Virus record (IMG/VR): IMGVR_UViG_3300034095_001503
Span: 1-64,000 of that record
Strand: one strand, 5' to 3'
From: a virus
Length of the DNA: 64,000 bases
The notes under the pieces are model-generated. The model ran no database searches. It saw only the letters and a list, made by a program, of their open reading frames with translations, and was not told the DNA's origin. The first letter of the stretch is position 1; each line of letters starts with the position of its first letter. This document shows, one piece after another, positions 1 to 8,546 of the stretch. The translations under genes were made by a program, and so were the position numbers.

Positions 1-1474
1 TAATCGAAATTAATACAGCGTTGTTTATAAAGTTAGGAAACGGTGTAAATGCTTCTATTTGCATATTTTGAACAGCTTCAGCAAAGTTAGAATAAACATG
101 TTGTCCATACATAACTCTAATTGAACCATTTTGAAGTAAATACACTCTTTGGTTTGTTGCTTTTGTACCAGCCAACGGTGTTATAACACCGTTTAAATCA
201 TAGTTCAAAGGGTCAATCAAAGTTGTGTTTGTAATTGTACCACCAGTTTGTGTACGATATTGGAATGTAGTTGGTGAACCACCACTAACATAGAATGAGT
301 TAGGACTAAGTTCATCAGCAGAAAAATTAATACCTAATCCATAAATGTAACCAGCACTATTATTTATTGTCAAATCAGTATTTGGGGAAGGATAAACACC
401 ACCGTTGATTAAGTTTATAGGTATAAACATATCTCTTAATTGACCCAAAGGTGTTAAAATATAATCTGGTTGTGAAAAAACCAGATTAATTACTGTTTTA
501 TCTGGGTGACCAAGTTTACCCAAGAAAATATTTTGTCTTCTTTGTGTTGGAGTTAAAGGTGTTGCTTGTTGTTCTATAGTCCCACCACTTGTAATATATA
601 CAAATGTTTCAAAAGCAGTATTAACATAATTATCTGTGTGTGTTCCACCAGTATATTCTACATATGTTAAAAATGGTATTGTTGGATTTGTTACATCATC
701 AACAATAAACCCTTTTAATGGTGCAACACCAAAAGTAGAATTAGTAACCTTTGATAACCCACTAAATTCAATAACACCAGTGTTAGCTTGTGTTGAACCA
801 ATATTATAACCTATTATAACCCAATTAACACCATCACTAATCAACTGTACTGAATTACCTTTTGTTAATAAAACATCTGTTCTATCATCAATAGTTTCAC
901 CAACTTGAGAAATTACATTCACAATACCATCATTTTCATTCTTAATTACCAATAACTTACCTTGAACACCAACTGCGGACATCAGAGTTATATCCAAAGT
1001 ACCACCAGTAACAGTTAAAAAATAATCAGCAGTTGTTGCTGTGTAAGAACCAGTTACGTTTTTTTGTGGAAATATAATACCACCAGTAGATGTTACACCA
1101 CTAGTTTGCGTCAAACCAGTAACATTCAATGTATCAGCAGTTAAACCACCAGTATAAATAGTTGGACCATAAACTGTACCACCAGATAATGGTAAATAAT
1201 CGTCAGCAAAAGAAGGTAGGTTAAGGTATGTTGTAGCGGATACTGTTGTAGCAGATAGATATGGAGTAAATAAATTACCAGTCATTGTATCACCAGTTCT
1301 AGCAACTCTATCCCAACCAATTGGTAGAATTGAACCAGCTGTGGTTCCAGATGCGTAAAGTATATTGTCAGCTGTGTTTAAAGCTAATTCTCCTAGTTGT
1401 AAATCACCAGCTGCTGGAACTTTGCCAACAACATTCGAACGTTTAATCAAAAACGTATTCTTTCTATTTGCCAT
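1..1474 (-). CDS. Tail fibre / virion fibre protein with Mtd_N-like N-terminus (partial, runs off the window start; absent from the ORF track)
   Basis: ATG at 1474 opens MANRKNTFLIKRSNVVGKVPAAGDLQLGELALNTADNILYASGTTAG..., open to position 1. The KRS...P...L..GELALN motif is typical of Mtd_N/hyaluronidase-like fibre N-termini. Thr/Gly-rich. Confidence 0.75.
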   Translation of the reverse strand, partial: MANRKNTFLIKRSNVVGKVPAAGDLQLGELALNTADNILYASGTTAGSILPIGWDRVARTGDTMTGNLFTPYLSATTVSATTYLNLPSFADDYLPLSGGTVYGPTIYTGGLTADTLNVTGLTQTSGVTSTGGIIFPQKNVTGSYTATTADYFLTVTGGTLDITLMSAVGVQGKLLVIKNENDGIVNVISQVGETIDDRTDVLLTKGNSVQLISDGVNWVIIGYNIGSTQANTGVIEFSGLSKVTNSTFGVAPLKGFIVDDVTNPTIPFLTYVEYTGGTHTDNYVNTAFETFVYITSGGTIEQQATPLTPTQRRQNIFLGKLGHPDKTVINLVFSQPDYILTPLGQLRDMFIPINLINGGVYPSPNTDLTINNSAGYIYGLGINFSADELSPNSFYVSGGSPTTFQYRTQTGGTITNTTLIDPLNYDLNGVITPLAGTKATNQRVYLLQNGSIRVMYGQHVYSNFAEAVQNMQIEAFTPFPNFINNAVLISI

Positions 1475-1543
1475 ATGAATGGTATGTCTTAAAAATCTCT
1501 ATAAAGAGTTATAGTTTTGGGTTATGTAACCTCTATAAAATAA

Positions 1544-1571
1544 ATATGCACAATCCGTAAATTGTGCATAT
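1544..1571. terminator. Hairpin ATATGCACAAT-CCGTAA-ATTGTGCATAT; probable terminator of the 482-aa fibre gene, overlapping the next late promoter
   Basis: Perfect 11-bp inverted repeat in the intergenic region, followed by T-rich sequence on the minus strand. Confidence 0.5.
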
Positions 1572-1634
1572 TATAATTGTGATATTTTTAAAGTAAATCT
1601 TTTAGTGATTAACTAATTGATTATTAAGTGTTTA

Positions 1635-3083
1635 CTAATATGTACCCCCATCTAACGTATCAAATTCTGTCAATACTCTAACGCCATTTGGTGTTGCAAT
1701 ATTTGTACTTCTAATTACGATATCATTTAATTGAGTTACCCAACCTCTATTTCCATAACCAGTTGCTGATGTATATTCAGTAATATTTGGAATTTGAGTA
1801 CCAGTTAAACCAGTAAGTGTATTTAACGCTCTAATATCTAAGTTTACATTTCCACCATTTAACCCGTTACCATCTTGAAGTGTCCAACCAGCACCAATAG
1901 ATGTTGCTGTTGTATTTCCAGTTGGATTATAGTTAAGTGTAATATTTGGGTCTTCAACATATAATTGAGAAGTAAACGCTGAAACAGAAGGACCAAACAC
2001 TGTCAAAGAACCTTGAATAACTGCATCACCAGCAACTGATAAACCACCAGTACCAACACTAACAGCACCATCTGAAGGAACACTAAATGTATTTGTTCCA
2101 TCATCATATGTAAATCCAGACTCATCAGTTAATAAACCACTAGTACCTACATAAACAACTCTACCAGATGTTAAATTACTAACAGTTAAACCAGATACAG
2201 TATTAAACTGAACTGGTAAATCACTTTGACCTTGATTTTGTTTAATTGTAAAAGTATTTGTTGTTGGTGAATAAGTAAAACCAGTTACAAATGTATCTGT
2301 TGATGTTAAACCAGTTACATTAAATGAACCATTACTATTATTATTTAATGTAAGTGTACCAGCATTATATGTACCACCAGTAGTATATACATCAGTTAAA
2401 CCAGTTAAAGTTACATTTGATGCGTTTTTTCTACCTAAAACGATTGAACCATTAGGACCAGTATAAGAAATAGTACCACCAGTAACATAAATATCATTTG
2501 ATATTGAATACCCAGTCAATGTACTATAATTCACAATATCATTTGGGTTACTAGCAGCTGTTGTAATACTACCACCAGTTGCATTTAATGTCGTAGTGTT
2601 GATTGTACCTATATTACCAGTTGTTGCTGATAATGTACCATTAACAGTTAAACCAGTCATTGTGTTTATCAATGCTGTTAAATCAGATTGACCAACATTT
2701 TGTTTAATAGTTAATACGTTATCATTGTATGTAAATCCAGTTACATAAGTATCAACACCAGCAATTGATGTGATATCAGCCAATACGAAACCGTTAGTTG
2801 TACCAGATAAGAATTTACCAGATAAATTTGTTATACCACTATATTCTGTAATTTTATTTCTAATTTTTAAATTATAAAGGTTTGACCCAACTTCAAAGAA
2901 ATTAGCGTTACCAGCTGGACCAGCTGGAACCCAATCATTACTTCCAGTTGTAACACCAGAGAACATCATTATACCAGCAGCTGTGTTAACTATTGGTTCA
3001 CCAGCTAGTAATGTAGACCCAGAAAAAGGTGCTGTTGAATTTGCATTATTTTTTAGAATAAATCTAGTACTTCTATTTGCCAT
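1635..3083 (-). CDS. Tail fibre-like virion protein
   Basis: Degenerate Mtd_N-like start (LLAGEPIVNT), internal D-x-[YF]-[VT]-T-G-[GF]-T-Y repeats, EDPNITLNY segment, C-terminal DGGTY; late promoter upstream. Confidence 0.7.
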   Translation of the reverse strand: MANRSTRFILKNNANSTAPFSGSTLLAGEPIVNTAAGIMMFSGVTTGSNDWVPAGPAGNANFFEVGSNLYNLKIRNKITEYSGITNLSGKFLSGTTNGFVLADITSIAGVDTYVTGFTYNDNVLTIKQNVGQSDLTALINTMTGLTVNGTLSATTGNIGTINTTTLNATGGSITTAASNPNDIVNYSTLTGYSISNDIYVTGGTISYTGPNGSIVLGRKNASNVTLTGLTDVYTTGGTYNAGTLTLNNNSNGSFNVTGLTSTDTFVTGFTYSPTTNTFTIKQNQGQSDLPVQFNTVSGLTVSNLTSGRVVYVGTSGLLTDESGFTYDDGTNTFSVPSDGAVSVGTGGLSVAGDAVIQGSLTVFGPSVSAFTSQLYVEDPNITLNYNPTGNTTATSIGAGWTLQDGNGLNGGNVNLDIRALNTLTGLTGTQIPNITEYTSATGYGNRGWVTQLNDIVIRSTNIATPNGVRVLTEFDTLDGGTY

Positions 3084-3116
3084 TTGTTTTTGTTTTTATA
3101 TAAATATATTATTTTA

Positions 3117-3518
3117 TTAATAAGTTCCACCTAAAAGAGTATCATCATGAACTATTGAGTTATTTGCAGTTATTTGTCTTAAATTTCCTTGTGAATCATT
3201 TCCTAAATCCAACGTTGGTGTATTCACTTTAACAGTAGAAGTCCAAACACTAGAAGTTCCACTAACTGTGTTTATATTTCTGAATCTTTTCAAAGGTGTA
3301 CCAGCATCTATATTATTATCAATTTCTGGTAGAATACTAGTATTAAAAATTGTTGACCCACTAGTTAAGTGTATTTGAGAATCACCACTACAACTAATTA
3401 AAATATTAGTAAATACAGCGGTACATGCACTTATAGTGTCACTATTAATTAAAAGTGGTTCAATTATAAATGTTTCGTTTATATCTGAATGATATAGTGG
3501 TCTAAAGTTATTATCCAT
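3117..3518 (-). CDS. Small virion fibre/adaptor protein
   Basis: ILPEIDNNIDAGTPLKRFRNI resembles fibre 'P..D...DLG....R' segments; ends LLGGTY like the downstream gene. Confidence 0.5.
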   Translation of the reverse strand: MDNNFRPLYHSDINETFIIEPLLINSDTISACTAVFTNILISCSGDSQIHLTSGSTIFNTSILPEIDNNIDAGTPLKRFRNINTVSGTSSVWTSTVKVNTPTLDLGNDSQGNLRQITANNSIVHDDTLLGGTY

Positions 3519-3523
3519 ATTGT

Positions 3524-4582
3524 TTAAATTGTGTTTCCAATTATTTTAAACCCACCCAAAGTTAGTAGATTTTTATATACTCTAATTGAAACTGTATCAT
3601 TTGCATTTACAATTATTGGTGTTGTCATAATTGTACCATCAAATACACCAACCCCATTAATCCAAATTACAATTCTACTAATATCTTGTATATCAACTAT
3701 TTGTGTGAAATTAATAGCGTATGGACAAATAAAAGAAAAAATATTATTTGCTGCTGGTTTAAATATAAAACTATATGTAATTGTATTACCGACCTTAATA
3801 GGTTCAATAATAACATCATTATAAATTCTAGAGTCTTCTATTTCAATAGTTGTAATACCTCTATTTATAGTTGGAATAACTTCAAAATCATCTTCATCTA
3901 GAATATAACCCAATAATTTCATTTCAAATAATTGAACATAAAATCTTCTGTTTTCGAAATCATCAATATTACTCTCATCACCAATTGTTTCTAAATGCAA
4001 TGGCATTGGATGACCATTTACACTAATATAACATTGTCTAGATTGAAACGCTCTTTGAATCAATCTGTTGAATTTATTCAAATCTTTCATTCTGTTGGTA
4101 AACATCCTAACTTCATATGTCATATCAACTGAAGTTGGTTGTGGTATTTTATATAAATCAACACCACGTCTAACACCATCCCAAGTTGGAACTTTCATAT
4201 ATGTATATGTATGGTTTGCTGGTATATTCCATAATCCAGCTTGGTTTTGACCTTGTTGAATATCTGGTTTTCTAACAACTGTAATAAATGGTAATTCAAT
4301 ATTTTTGAATTTATCAGAAAATTGCCATGTTTTACTAAATTCTGTCCATCTTTGTATTGTTAAAAAAATTACTGGAACTTTTTCACCATCAACAGATAAA
4401 GACATTCTTTCATCAGATTTTAAAAATTCCAAAAAAGTTTGGTCCATATCTTCTTCCAATACACCTCTAGGTAAAAATGTACCTCTATCAGAAATATCAT
4501 CTAATATTTCTTGTCTTCTAGGAAAACCAATTTTACCTGGATGAATGTTTATGTTGGTAATATATCCTTTAGGCATTGCCAT
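3524..4582 (-). CDS. Tail completion / sheath-terminator-like protein (T4 gp15-like)
   Basis: LPFITVVR...IPQPTSVDMTYEVRMFTNRMKDLN pattern; adjacent to a neck gene. Confidence 0.55.
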   Translation of the reverse strand: MAMPKGYITNINIHPGKIGFPRRQEILDDISDRGTFLPRGVLEEDMDQTFLEFLKSDERMSLSVDGEKVPVIFLTIQRWTEFSKTWQFSDKFKNIELPFITVVRKPDIQQGQNQAGLWNIPANHTYTYMKVPTWDGVRRGVDLYKIPQPTSVDMTYEVRMFTNRMKDLNKFNRLIQRAFQSRQCYISVNGHPMPLHLETIGDESNIDDFENRRFYVQLFEMKLLGYILDEDDFEVIPTINRGITTIEIEDSRIYNDVIIEPIKVGNTITYSFIFKPAANNIFSFICPYAINFTQIVDIQDISRIVIWINGVGVFDGTIMTTPIIVNANDTVSIRVYKNLLTLGGFKIIGNTI

Positions 4583-4602
4583 AATTTGTAATTTTTTTTA
4601 TT

Positions 4603-5124
4603 TTATACACCTCTAAACTCGCTACCATCGATTGATGCACATTTTATTGTTCTAAATGCACCTTTGTAACCCATTATTGTGTGTTTATTATCATAATTTT
4701 TAACTCCATCGTTAACAACACTGAAATATCTAATTTCAGTTTCAGTAACTGGGTAACCTATATAGTCACCATAACTAATTTGAACATCTAGCTCACTCAA
4801 TTGAGAATCATAAATACCAAATGTGAAATTACCATCTTGTAAATATCTTAATGAACCATTTCCATTATAAGTTTTATTTTCAGCTTCTTCTAAAATAGGG
4901 ACTACTTTCAATTCAACTGGGGAAAAATATTTTATACCATCCTTTGGAGCTTCACCATATAAATTATCTGATGCACTATTCTCTCTATCAACACGATACA
5001 AAATAACTGTGAAATTTCCATCACCTTCTAGTGCTTCACGACCCATAGAAATCTCCAATCCAAAATCCTCTTCGGAAAAAAACTTGTTGATACGTGTTAT
5101 CGGTGTAATCTTCTTATTATCCAT
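4603..5124 (-). CDS. Neck/head-completion protein (T4 gp14-like)
   Basis: VILYRVD...DNLYGEA...F..PVEL motif and GDYI segment; late promoter upstream. Confidence 0.6.
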   Translation of the reverse strand: MDNKKITPITRINKFFSEEDFGLEISMGREALEGDGNFTVILYRVDRENSASDNLYGEAPKDGIKYFSPVELKVVPILEEAENKTYNGNGSLRYLQDGNFTFGIYDSQLSELDVQISYGDYIGYPVTETEIRYFSVVNDGVKNYDNKHTIMGYKGAFRTIKCASIDGSEFRGV

Positions 5125-5171
5125 ATCTTTTAATATAAATATTTATCTTTTAGATATTAATCCCATAACAC

Positions 5172-5202
5172 TTGATTTTTATTAAAAAAATTATTATATT
5201 TA
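5172..5202 (+). promoter_or_regulatory. Host-sigma (Bacteroidota-type) promoter variant for the helicase
   Basis: TTG(5172-74)-N20-TATATTTA(5195-5202). Confidence 0.5.
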
Positions 5203-5234
5203 CATATAATTACCAGGAATTAAAAACAATTACA

Positions 5235-7070
5235 TTGATAAATTTAGATGACATACGAGGACGCTCAGCAATTACACTTCTAGAAAAGTATGAAGGTATC
5301 AACCCATATCTAAGAAGATTAAAAGGTGAGTATATAAAAAACAAAAAATTGGCTCTTACTGAGAACCAATCAAAATATATTGTGGATAATCACGAAAGAG
5401 AACCACAATATATAAATCGAGTTATTGGTATAACTTCTTATTTAGGTGAAGAACTTAAAAGAGTTGAAGATTTATCATTTACTCCAGAGAAAATACTAAT
5501 AGAATTCATTTTAGCTGAAACGGATAAAAGTTACCATGTTTACGGTAAACTTAAACAAAACCAAAAAGAATCAAAAATGTATTGGGTTCCGAAAACACAA
5601 GTAAATGATGACCCATATTTTGAAAAAGTAGATGTAAACGTTGATTTAACAAAATACAATGAAATTTTAAGTAAATACGGTAAAACACTTTACAAACACC
5701 AAGAAGATGGTATAAAATTTTTGTTGTCTAGAAATGGTTGTATTTTGGCTGATGATATGGGGTTGGGTAAGTCCATGCAATCAATTATTGCTGCAATAGA
5801 AAGTGGTGCTGAAAAAATTCTTATAGTTACCACTTCATCAACAAAAATTAACTGGGAACGAGAAATAAATGTATTTTGTAATGAAACAACTATTATCGAT
5901 GGGAAAAAATGGGATAGTAACAAATTTACAATTATAAATTTTGATATATTAAAGAATTTCCATTCTTTGCCAGCCACTAAAAAAATAAAAGAAGGTGAGG
6001 AACCAATCTTAATTAGAGATATAGTAAACACTAAATTTGATTTATGTATTGTCGATGAAGCACATAACTTAAAAAACAACGAAAGTATTAGAGGTAAAAT
6101 AATGGTGGATGTTTGTGTTAAACACAATATTCCAAAAGTATGGTTACTTACTGGAACTCCAGTTGCCAACAGACCCATGGACTTCTTTAATTTATTGAAA
6201 CTAATTAAGTCTCCTATCGCAGAGAATTGGAAACATTATGCTGTTAGGTATTGTGACGGTAGACAGTTCTTTAGAACGCTTAAAAATGGTCAAAGAAAAC
6301 AAATCTGGTTAACTGATGGTGCATCAAATTTAGAAGAATTAGCAAATAAAACAAAAAACATATTATTAAGACGTTTGAAAAAAGATGCTATTGATATGCC
6401 AGATAAAATAGTTACTCCTATGTATCACCAATTAGATAAAGCTGGTTGGAAAATGTATGAACAATTATGGGTTGAATATGTTGAAATGAAAAAGAAATTG
6501 GGTAAAAAAACAATGGAATCTCAAAAAGATTTGGTTGAACTTATTTTATTGAGACAATTCATCGCTATTCAAGCTATTCCGTATACTATTGAAATGATTG
6601 AAAACGCATTGGAAATGGGTAGAAAAGTAATTGTATTTACCTCATTTTCAGAAGAACAAGAAATCATTGCCAACCATTTTGGAAAACATGCTGTAAGACA
6701 CAATGGTTCAATGTCAAATGTTAAAAAACAACATTCAGTTGACCAATTCCAAAACAACGATAAAATAAAAGTATTTATTGGAAATATCAAAAGTGCTGGT
6801 GTTGGTATTACACTTACTGAAGCTACTGTTGTTATTTTTAATTCATTTGATTGGGTGCCAGGAAATAATGAACAAGCAGAAGATAGAGCATATCGTATTG
6901 GACAAAATAATGATGTAAATGTTTACTATCAATTATTTGAAGATACAATCTCAACTAGAATGTGGGAAATGCTTAGAAATAAAAAAGATATTATCTCAAC
7001 CATTATGGGTGAGAAAAAATTATCAGATGATGAAATAACTGATTTATTATCAGAACAATTAATAGATTAA
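5235..7070 (+). CDS. SNF2-family (SMARCAL1/HARP-like) helicase
   Basis: LADDMGLGKS (Walker A), IVDEAH, LLTGTP, QAEDRAYRIGQ motifs. Start moved to the in-frame TTG at 5235 because 5172 lies in the promoter. Confidence 0.9.
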   Translation: MINLDDIRGRSAITLLEKYEGINPYLRRLKGEYIKNKKLALTENQSKYIVDNHEREPQYINRVIGITSYLGEELKRVEDLSFTPEKILIEFILAETDKSYHVYGKLKQNQKESKMYWVPKTQVNDDPYFEKVDVNVDLTKYNEILSKYGKTLYKHQEDGIKFLLSRNGCILADDMGLGKSMQSIIAAIESGAEKILIVTTSSTKINWEREINVFCNETTIIDGKKWDSNKFTIINFDILKNFHSLPATKKIKEGEEPILIRDIVNTKFDLCIVDEAHNLKNNESIRGKIMVDVCVKHNIPKVWLLTGTPVANRPMDFFNLLKLIKSPIAENWKHYAVRYCDGRQFFRTLKNGQRKQIWLTDGASNLEELANKTKNILLRRLKKDAIDMPDKIVTPMYHQLDKAGWKMYEQLWVEYVEMKKKLGKKTMESQKDLVELILLRQFIAIQAIPYTIEMIENALEMGRKVIVFTSFSEEQEIIANHFGKHAVRHNGSMSNVKKQHSVDQFQNNDKIKVFIGNIKSAGVGITLTEATVVIFNSFDWVPGNNEQAEDRAYRIGQNNDVNVYYQLFEDTISTRMWEMLRNKKDIISTIMGEKKLSDDEITDLLSEQLID

Positions 7071-7073
7071 AAT

Positions 7074-7328
7074 ATGGTAACAATTTATGGTTTTAAAGAT
7101 TGTCCTTACTGCACTGAGTTAAAGGACTTATTAACAAAAGAAGGGATTCAATTTATAGATGTTGATGTGAACCTTCCAGAAAATGAAGAAGAATTTAATA
7201 AAATTCTTGAGGTATCTAAAGCAGAAGAAGTTCCTATCATCAAGGTAGGTAAACAATTGCTAGTACCTAATGTTTCTTTTCAAAGTATAAACGAAGCTGC
7301 TGAATTAACAAAGAGATTTTTAGGATAA
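7074..7328 (+). CDS. Glutaredoxin
   Basis: CPYC active site, VPII cis-Pro motif, 84 aa. Confidence 0.85.
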   Translation: MVTIYGFKDCPYCTELKDLLTKEGIQFIDVDVNLPENEEEFNKILEVSKAEEVPIIKVGKQLLVPNVSFQSINEAAELTKRFLG

Positions 7329-7364
7329 TTCCTTTTTTTCTTATATTTATAAGAAAAGAAAATT

Positions 7365-8510
7365 ATGGGAGTTAGTTTAGACGAAAAAGAAAAATTGTTC
7401 CGTCAATTAAGACATTCATTGGGTGCACCTATACGCCAAATTGAATTAACGGATGAACAGTTATGTACTCTTCTAGAAATTTGTATAGAAGACTACGCAC
7501 AATATGTTCAAGAATGGTTAATAGAACACCAATGGCAATCTTTATTGGGTCAAAGTATTGACACAATGGACATGGCTTTTGCTTTGAGTGTAAGAAATTT
7601 CGATTTCATGACTCAATATACATACGCATATTCAAAACAAGTTGGTTTGCAAACCAATGGTCCATGGGAACTTAAAAAAGATTACGTTGAATTAGAAGCT
7701 GGTAGACAAGTTTACCAAATTCCAGCTGGACGTGAAGTAAATGAAGTACTTTGGATTACACCTCCAGCTACTAGTCAAGCTTTATTGGCTAACTATGGTG
7801 GTATCGACTACGGTTTTGGTGGTGGATTTGCACAAATGGGTGGTGGTGTTGGAACTGGTGGTGCTGGTGGTGCTGCTCGTTCTGGTTATTATATTGCACC
7901 AGCATTTGATATTCTATTAACTGCTGCTGATATGAACTTAAAAAATCGTATTGTTAGAAGTGAATTGGTTTATAAAATAACTGCTGGTCCTAACGGAACA
8001 AAATTATTGCATTTGATTAGTACGCCTGGTTCTAAATTATCATTTGGACAAGGAATTGGTGGTGTTGGTAGTTCTATCAATATGACTGGTTGTCAAGTAT
8101 GGTATTTCTATTACGATACAACAAACGCTGATATTGATGCTTGTAAAGCTGATAACCCAGATATTATTAAAATGCCTAATCAAGTTCCTTTATCAAAATT
8201 AGATTATGCTGATTTCAATGAACCAACAAAAACACTTGTACGTCAGTTATTTATTGCTGAAGGTAAAAGAACGTTAGGTAGAGTTAGAGGTAAATTTGGT
8301 GGTATCGTTGGTGTTTCTGAAGCTGAAAGAACAATGGATTACGATACTTTGCTTTCTGAAGGTAATGACGAGAAAAAAGCTGTACTAGAAAGACTTGATA
8401 CTAGATTAGATAGACTTTCATCTACAAAACAATTAGAAAGAGGTGCACTGGAAGCCGAATCATTAAACAAACATATGAAATACAGACCAATGGGGTTCTG
8501 GGTATATTAA
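7365..8510 (+). CDS. Neck protein (T4 gp13-like)
   Basis: N-terminal LGAPIRQIELTDEQL, C-terminal LGRVRGKFGG...; late promoter at 7343-7350. Confidence 0.7.
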   Translation: MGVSLDEKEKLFRQLRHSLGAPIRQIELTDEQLCTLLEICIEDYAQYVQEWLIEHQWQSLLGQSIDTMDMAFALSVRNFDFMTQYTYAYSKQVGLQTNGPWELKKDYVELEAGRQVYQIPAGREVNEVLWITPPATSQALLANYGGIDYGFGGGFAQMGGGVGTGGAGGAARSGYYIAPAFDILLTAADMNLKNRIVRSELVYKITAGPNGTKLLHLISTPGSKLSFGQGIGGVGSSINMTGCQVWYFYYDTTNADIDACKADNPDIIKMPNQVPLSKLDYADFNEPTKTLVRQLFIAEGKRTLGRVRGKFGGIVGVSEAERTMDYDTLLSEGNDEKKAVLERLDTRLDRLSSTKQLERGALEAESLNKHMKYRPMGFWVY

Positions 8511-8511
8511 A

Positions 8512-8545
8512 AAAGAAAAGGAGCTTAATAGCTCCTTTTTTATTT
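8512..8545. terminator. Bidirectional intrinsic terminator
   Basis: AAAAGGAGCT-TAAT-AGCTCCTTTT between convergent genes. Confidence 0.8.
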
Positions 8546-8546
8546 G

